64,000 nucleotides of DNA from positions 31,558,001-31,622,000 of the forward strand of contig OZ024745.1 in the NCBI GenBank assembly GCA_964016885.1. The letters run 5' to 3'. The notes beneath the pieces were generated by a model, which saw only the letters and a program-made list of their open reading frames with translations, was not told where the DNA came from and did no database searches. Numbering within the stretch: the first letter of the stretch is position 1; every line of letters begins with the position of its first letter. The position numbers and the translations under genes were made by a program. Positions 36,640-49,882 of the stretch are shown here, piece by piece. This DNA comes from Eledone cirrhosa (lineage: Eukaryota).

Positions 36640-39600
36640 GTATATTTGTAAAATCTTTCTGAACACTGACTTCGCTTCTAACCCACATACACCTTTTAAT
36701 TATATATATATAATTATATATTCGTGTGCAGATCTTTCTGCATACACACAATACATAGGAAAACAAAAACAGAAATACAAAAACAAAACACAAACAAACA
36801 TTGTATTTATCTCGTTAACAAATGTGCTAAACTTACGCAGCATATTTATTTGTTTACATTTTGTTCTACTGTACGGATGGACAAACAGGACAAAATAGCT
36901 ATTGTGACATCCATGGATGAAGTGTGTGATAGAACTGGGCGATGTTCCAAAATAGAACATTGCCCAGAAAATCACGTCTGTCGTTTATGTATAGAACCAG
37001 AAAACTCCTTCCGAAATCGATGGGTCGAATGTGACAAATGTCGTGTTTCTGTTTGCCTTCAATGTGCCACAAACTTTCGAAAGATCCCAGGTCAGAAAAA
37101 GAGACACCATACTTCTATGATGGATGGGCTCTGGGAAATGGTCCAGCTACCAAATTGGTCCTTTCAGTGCTTGGCTTGTGTGTCTACCATTGCTGTTGAA
37201 CAGCAACAACAAAAACCGACGATCGTGTCTTCCTCTACCATTGTTCCTGAACAACAGCAAAAACCAACGGCCGTAGCTTCCGCTGCTATTCCTGTTGAAG
37301 GACTTCATCAACAACAGCAACCCATGTCTTCCTCCCCCGTTACTTTTCAACAACAACAAAAATCGACCGTCAATACGGAGTTTGCGGAAACACGGCAAAT
37401 GATTTCCGCTTTAAGCCGAGAAATAGCAGGAATCAAATCAAGCGTTCGTGTAGAACCACACAGTGAAGGATCTTACCAGAGTGACTTGTTAAAAAATCTC
37501 CACGTACCTCTTGCCGAACCCAGACGCATTGAGAATGCCACTGAATCTGTAAACCACGAAGTGATTGCCATTGGTGTACCAGAAGACATAGTTGATCTTC
37601 AGACATTTGCTGCCAGTTCATCCAAAGACTTGGGCTGTGATCCCCCGAAGAGTGCTCTATGCCTTGGCCGACCAGGTCCGAAACCCAGGCTAATTAGACT
37701 GTCTTTTTCGAACTCAACTGAGGCACGTTCATATCTTTTGGCCTCTTATAAAGCTAAGCGTGAAAGTCGGATTGCCTTCTGAACACGCTCTGGTCTTCCA
37801 CCTGATGTCCGCCCAAAGCTGCATGCTGCAGCTTCCTTAAACCGCAACTCGGCAGAACGAAAGCTTCAGCTTACGTGATGATGGGCAGATAGGGAAGTTT
37901 ATTGAGGCTGGTGAAACATGGAAAACAGCTACCAGCTGGTCTGAAAACACTGTACCCACAGCAACTGACAATAAAAAAAATTGAAAAAGTTCTGGGAAAC
38001 TAAATCAGAACAACCTGCTCACTTTGACTGAAATAAAGCAGACTGGAACTGTTACTGCACCGAGCTGCAACGTCCAAACTGGCTTGAGTTTTATGACTCT
38101 GGAGATGTCAACACAGTACTCCAGAACATCCTGAACTCAATATGGACAGCATGAGCAGCATCGGTGCCACGTCAGCAGAAAAACATCCCAAAAGTGCAAT
38201 TTGGGAGACTGCAGCAGTCCGTCTTGCCAGAAAAGACCGTCGTAATGTTGAACGTGAGTACAAACTGCATAAATTAGACATCAATAGGAAGAAGCGAAAT
38301 AAATCATCCAACCATCTCAAACAGGTGACAAAAAAGGCAGTGCTGAATTTGACCAGCGCATAGCAACCAACCCTGACAGTAAGGTGTTCTGGAAGTATGT
38401 TCACTCAAAGCAGAGGCCTCACTCTCCAGTTGGTCCTCTTCGCAATCCCCACACAAACCAGGTTACTGACGACCCCAAAGAATGCGCAGAGCTCATTGCT
38501 GAATGTTTTGCAGGCATTTTCACTGTTGAAGACCAGAGTGTACCATCTCCACCACCTATGACATCGGATTCTATTACAACTATGGAATTTACACCTGCAA
38601 TGCTGCGACGTCACCTTAAAAATAAACACAACCATGCCTCTCCTGGTCTTGATGGTGTTACGTACCTGCTTCTCAAACGTGGTGGGTACTTCCTTCTGCA
38701 CCAGCTATCACGCTTCTTCCAATTCTGTCTGAACAATGGTGCTACTCCAGAACAGTGGAAAACTGCCAGTGTCATTCCTCTGTTCAAAAAGGGTGACTGC
38801 ACATCACCTGTGAACTATCATCCAGTCAGTCTTACTAGCTGCATTGCCAAACTGATGGAATCCTGTGTCAGAGAAATACTTTGGAACTTCTGAAACTCTC
38901 ACAGTCTTAGCCGGCCCTCGCAATTTGGATGTATCCCTAACTCCAGCTGCTGTGATCAACTTATTGAGTTTCTTGAAGACATCACCCGGATCACTGATGG
39001 CAGCTCATGGATTGTTTACCTTGACTTTGCTAAAGCTTTCAATTCTGTGCTACATAAAAGACTTATGGCAAAACTCTGCAATGGGTGTGAAGGATGATCT
39101 TTTTAACTGGTTGAAGTCCTTCATTCTCAGTCGAAGAGAGGTAGTCACGGTTCTAGGACAGCATTCCTCACCATATGAGATGTCATCTGGTGTACCACAG
39201 GGATCTGTTCTTGGCTCCCTTTTGTTTGTGGCATATATTAATGACATAGATGCCAACTTAAAGAATGCCACAGTACTGAAATATGCAGATGACATCAAGC
39301 TGTATCTTGAGATAAAAAGGACAGATCCTGAACACTATAGATCTTGCCTGCAATCTGACCTGGACACAATGCAACAATGGATCACGGACTGGCAACTCAA
39401 GCTAGCTGTGGACAAGTGTACCACCATGCATTTTAGGAGTAAAAACCCAGTGTCCACATACTCCCTCCACAACACTAATATCAAGAAGTCTTCTTGTGAA
39501 CGTGGACAAAGCACATCTCTAAAATTGTCAAGAAGGCCAAGGGTGTTTTAGCATCAATCAACAAGACCTTTGTCAGCCGCTCTCCAGATATCTATTTAAA

Positions 39601-40216
39601 GCTGTATATAGCTATGGTGCAGCCACACTTAGAATTTGCATCACCAGTCTGGAACCTCTATCTTGCTCAGAACATTGACTGCCTGGAAACTGTTCAGAGA
39701 CGTGCAACCAAGCAAATACTCTCCATCAGGCATCTACCATACTCTGAACACCTTCCTTCCCTGGGCATGGATACATTGCAGCTCCGACGTCTGGCAACTG
39801 ACTTAGTAAACACCCACAAAATCATTAACCATCTTGCCAACAACAACCCTGAGTACCTTTTTGATTTTCATGTGTCTAACACACGTGGGCATGCCCACAA
39901 AGTCAGAAAACAGCACAGCTCCCATGACTTTCGGAAACATTTTTTCACGCTCAGAGTTGCTGAATCATGGCACAAACTACCTGCATCAGTTATTAGCTGT
40001 CGAGACATTGCATCCTTTAAAACCTCCATGCTTCCTGAGATTCGGCAACGCTACACCTAATATTCCTAATATCCCTCCATACAAACGCACACATGTATAT
40101 CATGACTCATACACTATTCACTTCCCTGACATTTGTATATTATTCTATGTACTATACATGCACCTTTGATGAGATGTAGTGCACCTGAGCACTGTACACA
40201 TAATTTCATTATTATT
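36640..40216 (+). mobile_element. CR1-type LINE with ORF1 and RT but no APE endonuclease
   Basis: RT motifs SPGLDG, WKTASVIPLFKKG, NYHPVSLTS, VYLDFAKAF, GVPQGSVLG, KYADD; CR1 tail NTRGH..K..FFTLRV..W..LP; (ATT)n end. Confidence 0.9.
36877..37782 (+). CDS. LINE ORF1 with PHD-like finger and C-terminal RRM-like region
   Basis: CRLC...WVECDKC..VCLQC...WSFQCLAC; VIAIGVPE...LGRPGPKPRLIRLSF; internal QQQQKP repeats. The stop at 37782 may be premature. Confidence 0.75.
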   Translation: MDKQDKIAIVTSMDEVCDRTGRCSKIEHCPENHVCRLCIEPENSFRNRWVECDKCRVSVCLQCATNFRKIPGQKKRHHTSMMDGLWEMVQLPNWSFQCLACVSTIAVEQQQQKPTIVSSSTIVPEQQQKPTAVASAAIPVEGLHQQQQPMSSSPVTFQQQQKSTVNTEFAETRQMISALSREIAGIKSSVRVEPHSEGSYQSDLLKNLHVPLAEPRRIENATESVNHEVIAIGVPEDIVDLQTFAASSSKDLGCDPPKSALCLGRPGPKPRLIRLSFSNSTEARSYLLASYKAKRESRIAF

Positions 40217-40232
40217 AAACTATTAATAATAA

Positions 40233-40640
40233 TCATCATCATCATCACCATTTAATGTCCATTTTTCCATGCTAGTATGGGTTAGACGAGTTATCCCATT
40301 GAGTCAAGTCAGGTCAGATGACAGTATCCTGTTCATACAGAACTGTTTCTGGCTTGGTTTCTATGGCTGCATGTCCTTCCCAATGCCAACCACATTTACA
40401 GCATAGACTGGGTGCTTTTTATTGTGACACCTAAATGATCACTTTACAGTGTGGACTAGGTACTTTTTGTTATGACACCTACATGATCACTTTACAATGT
40501 GGACTGGACACTTTTTATCATGTCACAAACACAACTACTTTACAGTGTGGACGCGATTCTTATAATTGTGTCACAAACATACCACTTTACAGTGTGGACT
40601 GGGTGCTTTTTGTCATGTCACCTACACAACCACTTTTCAG
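40233..40640 (-). mobile_element. RTE-tail/SINE-like element with internal about 50-bp repeats
   Basis: catcatcaccatttaatgtcc..ccatgctag tail and repeated cactttacagtgtggact; similar pieces at about 2080, 33610 and 51460. Confidence 0.7.
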
Positions 40641-40749
40641 CCTGGACAATATTATTAAATGTAAATAAGCCAGAAATATATAAGGAAAATATATATTAAA
40701 ATCATTGATATTTGAATAATAATTAAATAGATCAAGACAACAACAGCAA

Positions 40750-41385
40750 TAATACTTGTTTCTACTTTGGCACAAGGTCGGCAATTTGAAGAAAAGGGAA
40801 AAGTTGATTATACTGATCCTAGCACTTAATTGGTACTTTATTTTATCAACCCAAAGGATGAAAGGCAAAGTTGACCTCAGCAGGATTTGAACTCAGAATG
40901 TACAAAGTCATAACTAAATACCACAAACCATTTTGTTAGACACTCTCTCGATACTGCCAATCTAATAATAATAATTGTTTCTACTTTTGACACAAGGTCA
41001 GCAATTACCCAGTGTATTACTGGTACTTTATTTTATCGACCCCGTAAGGATGAAAGGCAAAGTTAACCTCGGCGGGATTTGGACTCAGAATGGCAAGGGT
41101 CATAACTCTATGCGTCAAAGCATGGCGTCCGAGCTTCTACCGACACTGCCAATCCATCGCCCTTAATAATAATAATGGCTTCTGATTAAGGGTCAAAGCT
41201 AACAGGTTTTGGGGATGGGGAAGTTGATTAAATTGATCCCAGTGCATTACTGGTACTTTATTTTATCGATCTCGTAAAGATAAAAAGCAAAGCTAACGGT
41301 GGCAGGATTTGAACTAAGAATGTAAAGGGATGAAACTATGCTGCCAGGCATGTTGTTTGACACTTTAGCAATACTGTCAATATAA
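40750..41385 (-). mobile_element. cluster of three tandem tRNA-derived SINEs
   Basis: Three successive copies separated by (TAA)n. Confidence 0.88.
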
Positions 41386-41559
41386 AATATTAATAATACT
41401 AACAATAATAACAACAACAACAATAATAATTTAAGAGAAAGTTATGAAATATTTTGTAAAATGATTTATTGACTAAGTTTCATAAATGCAATCTATTGAT
41501 TGATACAGTCTGGAATAGAGCGGAAGTTGAGTTTCAAGTTGTTATAGCAGAGGTGTATC

Positions 41560-42700
41560 TCACACACACAGTTACACATACATACAAATATACACACACA
41601 CATATACACGCACACATACACATACTCAGACACACATATACACACATACAGATACATACACACACTCAGATATACACATATACAGATACACACACATATA
41701 CATACTCAGACACACACACATATACAGATACATACACACACACATACACACATATACAGATATATACACACACATACTCAGACACATATATACACACATA
41801 CAGATACACACACATACACATACTCAGACACACATATACACACATACAGATCCATACACACACATACACATATTCAGACACACATATACACACACATTCA
41901 GATACATATACACGAACATACAGATACATACACACACAAATACACACAAACACACATATTCATATAAAGATATGTGTACACACACAAATGTACACAAACA
42001 TACTTTAACATATACACACATACACCTGCATGCACAGACATATATATATATATATATATATATATAAGCACACATATGCACTCACATACATATAAATACA
42101 CATACACACATATATGTATAAGCATATACATGTACACACACAGGCACATGAACACACACACATATATATATAACTAAGAACATACATAAACACACACACA
42201 CATATATATATAAGAACATACATGCACACACACATATATATATAACTAAGAACATACATGCACACACACGCACATATATAACTAAGAACATACATGCACA
42301 CACACGCACATATATAACTAAGAACATACATGCACACACACGCACACATATATAACTAAGAACATACATGCACGCACACACATATATATAACTAAGAACA
42401 TACATGCACACACGCACACATATATATAACTAAGAACATACATGCACACACGCACACACATATATAACTAAGAACATACATAAACACACACACACATATA
42501 TAACTAAGAACATACATGCACACACACACACATATATATATAACTAAGAACATACATAAACACACACATATATATAAAACTAAGAACATACATAAACACA
42601 CACACATATATATAACTAAGAATATACATGCACACACACACGCATACACACATATATATAAAACTAAGAGCACACATATCTAAAACTAAGAACACATAGC
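41560..42700. repeat. CA-rich microsatellite grading into a minisatellite with core aactaagaacatacat
   Basis: Core repeated about 14 times at 42170-42695. Confidence 0.92.
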
Positions 42701-43277
42701 TCAACTAGAACCCAAGCAAATCCAAATCCAACCTCATACTTCATCCACCCTAAATTATATTCACTAAGTCTTTCAAGACCAAACTCCAGCTCTCTCAGCC
42801 ACCCCCCAAAACCTGCATCAATTACTGGTATGGGGACGACATATGTTATCAGGCTGCAGCTATCATATCATGTAATTTTGATCTAACTAGAGACATGTGT
42901 TTGTGTATGTGTTCATTGGACCTCCAGAACATCTGGTTCATGAAATTAATATGTGAGTGGCTGAGCATTCTACAGACACACATACACTTAATGTGGTTCT
43001 CAGGGAGATTCAGCTTGACACAAGATGTGACAAAGTTGGCTCTTTCAACTGCAGTTACAACTCATTTTTGCCAGCTGAGTGGACTAGAGCAACGTAAAAT
43101 AAAGTGTCTTGCTCAAGGACACAATGAACTGCCAAACACACTAATCACTAAGCTATGTGCCACATATACATACACATACATACATACATATAAACACACA
43201 CATCACATATATACATGCATACACACAGGTATCTGTTTACTTACTAAAATGCAAATAAAACAAAGATGCAAGAAGTA

Positions 43278-43960
43278 TGGTAGTGGTGGTGGTGGTGGTT
43301 GGGTGGTGTTTGTGGGTGGGGGTGGTAGTCTGGTGGTGAAGTGGTGGTGGTGGTTGGGTGGTGTTTGTGGGTGGGGGTGGTAGTCTGGTGGTGAAGTGGT
43401 GGTGGTTGCGGTGGTGGTGTGTTGTGGTGGTGGTGGCGGTTGGGTGGTGTTTGTGGGTGGGGGTGGTAGTCTGGTGGTGAAGTGGTGGTGGTGGTTGGGT
43501 GGTGTTTGTGGGTGGGGGTGGTAGTCTGGTGGTGAAGTGGTGGTGGTTGCGGTGGTGGTGTGTTGTGGTGGTGGTGGCGGTTGGGTGGTGTTTGTGGGTG
43601 GGGGTGGTAGTCTGGTGGTGAAGTGGTGGTGGTGGTTGGGTGGTGTTTGTGGGTGGGGGTGGTAGTCTGGTGGTGAAGTGGTGGTGGTTGCGGTGGTGGT
43701 GTGTTGTGGTGGTGGTGGCGGTTGGGTGGGGGTGGTGGTTGGGGGTGGTAGTCTGGTGGTGAAGTGGTGGTGTGTTGTGGTGGTGGTGGCGGTTGGGTGA
43801 TCATGGTGGTGGTGTGTTGTGGTGGTTGGGTGGTAGTGGTGGTCTGCTGGTGGTTGGGTGGTAGTGGTGGTAGTCTGGTTGTGGTGGTGGTGGTTGGGTG
43901 GTGGTGGTGGTTGTGGTTAGTGTTAACAGGTGGACAGTTGTGGCAGCAGTGGTGGTGGTA
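43278..43960. repeat. (GGT)n-derived array with a 141-bp higher-order period
   Basis: Marker ttgcg at 43406, 43547 and 43688. Confidence 0.9.
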
Positions 43961-44076
43961 GCATGAAATTGTTTACCGCTGGTAACAGTCTTAATAGTAA
44001 AGTTTGGTAGTAGTAGTAGTAGTAGTACTAGTTGTGGAGTGGTGGTGGTGGTAGCAGTATGTTAAGTGCTCAAGTA

Positions 44077-44263
44077 CGAGGGTTGGCTGAAAACTTCATA
44101 GGCTGACCAAGATACTCTCGTGGGATGACCAAATGAGGTTAATTTTTCAACATAGTCCCTGGAAAGAAACAATGCATTTATTAATAAGAAGAGTTGAAAT
44201 TAATGCATGCAAGATTTCACAGCTCTAGCATAGTCAGCCTATGAACTTTTCAGCCTACTCTCA
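44077..44263. mobile_element. mariner MITE
   Basis: TIRs cgagggttggctgaaaacttcataggctgac / gtcagcctatgaacttttcagcctactctca with TA at the left end; relatives at 50087-50405 and 50725-50893. Confidence 0.85.
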
Positions 44264-44701
44264 TTACAAGAAACAATACAGATCTGGATTAAGATCTTTG
44301 GTGGTCCCAAGCACTTAAAAGATTAGTGTCCTCCATATATAATGTATGGAAGTAAAAGAAACAAATTTTTTTTTTGAATCACAAATACATTTAATTTGAA
44401 TAAAATTTATTACAAGAAGAAAAGAAAAATATATTTATAATAAAAATTTATTCAATTATATTTTTCCCATTAAAACAGTCTTTTTTTTATTATTGCCATC
44501 TACATCTTTATTATATATATGTGTGTGTGTAAGTGTGTGTCTGTGTGTGTGTGTGTGTATATATATATTTAGTACAAGTTGAAAGGAAGGCTCACGCAAA
44601 GAACAATGTCTTTGCGTATACAAAGTATAGTATATGTATATGTGTGTGTACATATGTATATATATATATATATAAATGTAAGTATGTATGTATACGTAAT
44701 G

Positions 44702-44748
<47 letters not shown>

Positions 44749-44829
44749 AAAGTTCTATTTAAAGTTGTTGGGATACAACAAGTAAATATTTTTATAACTG
44801 ATATAAAGCACTCGACAAGTTTGGAGTAG

Positions 44830-45172
44830 ATATACGATATTAATAAATGGAAACTATATTTATAAAACCATATCTATTTCATTATACATATTTCAGGGAT
44901 ACCACATTAAATTATGGTATGCCTTCATCAGATAAAATACAATATATAACAGTTTTACAAATAGCTTTGACGTACCCTTTTAAAATACAACCATTACTTT
45001 TGGAGTAATGGTTGTATTTTAAAAGGGTACGTCAAAGCTATTTGTAAAACTGTTATATATTGTATTTTATCTGATGAAGGCATACCATAATTTAATGTGG
45101 TATCCCTGAAATATGTATAATGAAATAGATATGGTTTTATAAATATAGTTTCCATTTATTAATATCGTATAT
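44830..45172. repeat. perfect palindrome, 169-bp arms and 5-nt spacer
   Basis: 44830-44998 is the reverse complement of 45004-45172. Confidence 0.95.
45063..45127 (+). ncRNA. minimal type-I hammerhead ribozyme (mirror copy at 44875-44939, minus)
   Basis: Stem I uauuuuau/augaaaua, CUGAUGA, stem II agg-c-auacca/uggtau-c-ccu, GAAA, near-palindromic stem III uaugua, UA cleavage site. Confidence 0.75.
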
Positions 45173-45248
45173 ATATATATATATATATATATAAATGTAA
45201 GTATGTATGTATACGTATGAGAAATGAAATTTCGTTTCATTCTTTTCC

Positions 45249-45276
<28 letters not shown>

Positions 45277-45282
<6 letters not shown>

Positions 45283-45457
45283 GTTTCTACTTTAGGCACA
45301 AGGCCAGCAATTACCCAGTGTATTACTGGTACTTTATTTTATCGACCCCGTAAGGATGAAAGGCAAAGTCAACCTCGGCAGGATTTGAACTCAGATCGTA
45401 AAGGGACGTAACTATGCTGGAAAGCATGGCGTCCGACCCTCTACCGATACTGCCAAT
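45277..45457 (-). mobile_element. tRNA-derived SINE, young
   Basis: Near-identical to 12602-12782. Confidence 0.92.
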
Positions 45458-45685
45458 AATGAAGGAAATGTGGTAAGGAACCAGATGGACCATAACGCAC
45501 CAAAGTACTCAATACTTAGTCCAGAATTAGCCGTCGAAATGGCTTGAGCTCAGCCGTCGGGGTCCTATATATATATATATATATGTGTGTGTATATATAT
45601 GTGTGTGTGTGTATATGTATAGTATATGATTATTATATATATATATATATGTGTGTGTGTGTATATATGTATGGTATATGATTAT

Positions 45686-45716
<31 letters not shown>

Positions 45717-46079
45717 ATATATGTATGGTATATGATTATTATATCTTTTTTCTATTTGATGTTGGCCTCCTTTTTCTGAACCTTAGTTCAGCTGTACTCT
45801 AGTCGTATACTCCATGCTAAATCCGACGAGAGACAATCTCCGTGGTGCCCACCTTTCCTTGATGCCCTAAGCATGTGCTTATTTTGTTTAATGGTTAATC
45901 CATCCCTGGAACAAACAATGCAAGAAGAAATCAATAGCTCAGGTAAACTAGTGAAAGAGAAACAGTGTCATGGTCAATACTATACAACAATACAGTCGTT
46001 ACAGTCGTTTTTCCATCGTATGGAACAACAGTGTTTGTTTGAAGAGCAGAACAATAGCATTCACACTCTTCAATTATGT

Positions 46080-46322
46080 ACCACCACCGCTGCTAGCACT
46101 ACTACTGCTGCTACTACAACTACTTCTGCTACTACCACCACCACCACCACTACTACTACTACTATCATCACTACTATTTACTACAACTGTTACAACTACT
46201 ACTACTACCACCACCACCACCACCACCACCACCACCACCACCACTACTACTACTATCATCACTACTATTTACTACAACTGTTACAACTACCACTGTTACT
46301 ACTACTACTACCACCACCACCG

Positions 46323-46353
<31 letters not shown>

Positions 46354-46470
46354 AACCACCACCACCATCACCACTGCTACTACTATTTACTACAACTACC
46401 ACTGTTACTACTATTACTACTACTACCACCACTACTACTGCTGCCACTACTACTACTACTACCACCACCA
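46080..46470. repeat. (CAC/TAC)n compound microsatellite
   Basis: Visible directly. Confidence 0.95.
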
Positions 46471-46629
46471 CGGTGCTGTGTAACAACCTCCACCCCTGGG
46501 ATTACCTTTGTAACATGAAGGTGCCTCCTATCTCCCCCCTGTACCATCAGGTAGTCAACAGTTGATAATGACTCACCTGATGTGTACTAACAAGTTTGTT
46601 GTCTTTCTAGAATTGAGTGTTACAGATTG

Positions 46630-46960
46630 ACATCTCAGCTCCATCAGCAATTCTTTATGAATGGGAACTACGAGTATAGAGCAATTCCTTGCTCTATACT
46701 CATAGTTCCCATGAACTCCCTTAAAACCATCATAGTCCTTCTCATATATCCACTAAGATCCTTTCCTCTCATGATAACATCCTTGTCTTTCATATTTTCA
46801 CTTTCTTTATTGAGCACCAAAACTTGTCTTGCTCTTTGACACTCTGATTTGTCTCTGGGGAATATTCTGAGATAATGTTCACCAAGAACTTTGCACCTTC
46901 ATCAACTGTTCACTCACTCTAGTCATACAACCTTGCCTACAAGCTCCACAGATATCAAGA
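46630..46960 (-). pseudogene. degenerate RTE APE-endonuclease fragment
   Basis: Minus strand NIISEYSP...EQDKFW...DGFKGVHGNYEY..RN resembles IISAYAP..KD.FW..DGYEGVHGGYGYG.RN. Confidence 0.55.
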
Positions 46961-47377
46961 CATCAGCACCACTATGTGTAGATGATGTGTGTCAAGAAAG
47001 AATAGAGGTGTATATATCTGAGAGGAGTGCTGTGCTCGAAGTGTACACCTACAAATAGTGTCTCACATTCTGAATATGGAGAGTGGAAAAAATGACTTCC
47101 ATCAACCATGGCTATCATTACAATTTCAGGACCAAAGCTCCTTTTAGTGAGATTTAGTCCTGAAACTCCAACTGTTCAAATCATGAAAAGTTGGAGTTTC
47201 AGTCTTGAAATTCTGAGAATAGTCTAAGTTAAAATCTTTTCTAATTTGCTATATTCAGAATGCAAGAATCTATTTGTATGTAAAGATTTGTTGATGCTGG
47301 CTGTTATTTGTATAGCTATTTGTAGGATTTAGTTTGGAGGAACAGTATTCTGAGGTGATCTGTAGATGTGTCTAGAT

Positions 47378-47641
47378 TAGTGTTTCTCAACTGGTGTTCG
47401 CTGCAACCCTCAGGTTCCACAAAAAGTTGCTAGCGGTTCTACAAGAAACTGTGATAAATAAGCTATGATAAATAAACCAATTATCTGAACAACATATGTT
47501 ATGTTTACCATGTGAACTACAATAAAGATATAAAAGAGATAGATATCAATAATGGTATATAATAATTTTTATGCAGGGAATCCCTGAGACATGAAAACTA
47601 TTTCAAGAGTTCCATAAGTGTAAAAAGGTTGAGAAACGCTG
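47378..47641. mobile_element. hAT-Charlie-like MITE
   Basis: TIRs tagtgtttctcaac / gttgagaaacgctg; imperfect 8-bp TSD gtctagat / ctttagat (NTCTAGAN-type target). Confidence 0.75.
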
Positions 47642-48045
47642 CTTTAGATGTTTGAGAATGATGGAACATGAAGTTGCTTGCAGGGACTATATGAGTCTAT
47701 TGTTATCGCTAAAGTCATTTCTGCTATTTTTGTCATCATGCCACTTTTATTTTTTAGAAACAATAATGCTGGCATGTGGAAAAAATACGGCAGTTGATCT
47801 AGTAACTTTTTGTTTCTTTAATTCCTTTGTTTCTCCAATGTAAACACATTTGTCGTGACTTAACTTGAAATTTCAGATTCTTTTAAGAACATATTCTATA
47901 AGAAATATATCCCTCTCCCCTAGACATTAAAATTGAAAAACAAGCATTGAATTCGTTATTGATACCAAATATTCTGACAAATATCTTGGAACAAATATAT
48001 CTTTGTTCCAAGAGTTAAAAAAAAGAATGACAAGAATGTTTTCTT

Positions 48046-48242
48046 TTAACCCCTTTGATAATAAAACGCTCAAAAGGATCCCTACAAAACTGTTTATTTG
48101 AAAAGATTTATATTTATTTAAAAACTTCTATCATAATGGTTACTTATATTACTAAATTCCTCCAAATTTTTCATTATTTTCTAAATTATTTGTCAATCAT
48201 AGGCAGTGTCTTTTACTAGAAATATGGTAGTGAAAGGGTTCA
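48046..48242 (+). mobile_element. TTAA-target (piggyBac-like) MITE
   Basis: TTAA|CCCCTTT start, ...aaatatggtagtgaaaGGG|TTCA end; its last 43 bp match the satellite monomer. Confidence 0.65.
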
Positions 48243-48929
48243 CCAGCCACAAAGACAAATTTTGCAGGGGAAGAAATAGTTTCTTACATGAAATCTAATA
48301 ATTGATTGATGATTTTTTAATTGATCCAAGAGGGTGTATAGATTTCAAAGTTAAACCTGGCAAGATTTGAACTCAGGAAGTAAAAGAGGAGGAAAATTAA
48401 TATCAAGGCATTTATTCTAGTGTTCTACAATTTCTGGCAACAAAGTAACAGCATAAATTTAACCGATAATAATCTACAATCCAGTCTCAGTATCATAAAG
48501 AGCTGACATCAAAATGATGTATCTTAAAATTCCTAAGCAAGAATCATAAATAGTTGAGATTTACTCATGAGACATTTATTATTTTCACCATTAAAGTCAT
48601 GCATTCTGTGCAGCTCAACTGGTTCTTAGCACCTAATTAGTCATATGATACAGCAAACCTTTTAATGAAAGCTCCCAAGGTATTTACTACTACCAAATAT
48701 ACTGAGTAAGTCAAAATATTTCTGATTCTCACAAGAATAAGTGATAGTAACATGATATATTAAGAAACAGTAACGAGGAAAATGTACTTTACTTTAAAAA
48801 TACCTTACTGTTTTGTTTAGCTTAATGTTGAGGCTACTAAATAAATTCACTCAACATTATTTGAGTTGGCTGGAATTTGTAGAGAATATGGTATTACTTA
48901 ACTCATCAGAAAATCTGCTGCCTAGTGCT

Positions 48930-49610
48930 GTATAGCAGGAATTAAACTCAGTGCTGCAAAGTCTAAGACATTTGTCCTCACAAGGAAGCCTGTTCAGTGC
49001 ACACTACATGTGAGTGGAGTTCCACTGAAGCAAGTGCAGAAGTTCAAGTATCTCAGGCCCATATTAATGAGTGATGGCAAGCAGAATTGCTGGAGCTGGG
49101 AGCAGTAATGCGCCAGCTTTGGCATTTTATCATCAGATGAAGGGAGGTAGGTGTAAAATTCAAACTTGCACTCTTCAATTTGGTATTCCCGCAAACCCTT
49201 ACCTATGGTCATGAATCTTGGGTAATGACAAAAAGAAGTACATGGAGGCACATGGCTGAAATGGGGTTCCTTGGAAGGGTCTTTGGAGTAATGTTACTCG
49301 ACAGAGTGTATAGTTCAGAGACCAGGGAGTCACTTCAGGTAGAGCTTTTTTCTCTAAATTGAGAGATCACAGCTTCAATACTACCTACATGTTGTCAGAA
49401 TGTCTAAGGAAAGAATCACTGGACAGATTTTATGGGCAATACCAACAGGCAGGAGACCCAGGGGTAGACCCTGAGCAAGATAGTTGGATAACATTCATAA
49501 GGTCGGCTGGTCTTGTTTGTGGATCCAGCTGGATCAGTTGGAGACAGTTGCATCTGATTAGATCTGCTGGAAGTTATGTTTGAGGACTCTGCCCCTACAA
49601 CCCTCACAGG
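48930..49610 (+). mobile_element. RTE (Rex3/Expander-like) LINE 3' fragment
   Basis: LKQVQKFKYL, TLTYGHESWVMT...AEMGFLGRVFG. Confidence 0.8.
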
Positions 49611-49842
49611 AACAATAATAATGATGATGAGGGGGAAGTGGTGGAGGAAGAGGAGAAGAAGAAGAACAACAACAACAACTAAGTTGAGCAGCTACATACA
49701 AGACATGTTTTTGAAAAATTACTAGTTGAAAACTAGGAGAAAAATGAGCAGGGAAAGAATTCCAAAAGGGCTGACATTCCTGTAGGGGTGGGGGTGGTGT
49801 GGGGGAGAAAAAGTGGATAGTGTGGGGTTGGTATACACATAT

Positions 49843-49882
<40 letters not shown>

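Noticed and set aside
36724-37782. Host PHD-finger gene
   Set aside because: Intronless and directly upstream of a CR1 RT in the same orientation, so it is LINE ORF1.
45873-46565. Thr/His/Pro-rich ORFs (also 27840-28353, 41469-42704, 43244-43804, 56408-57057)
   Set aside because: Translations of microsatellites.
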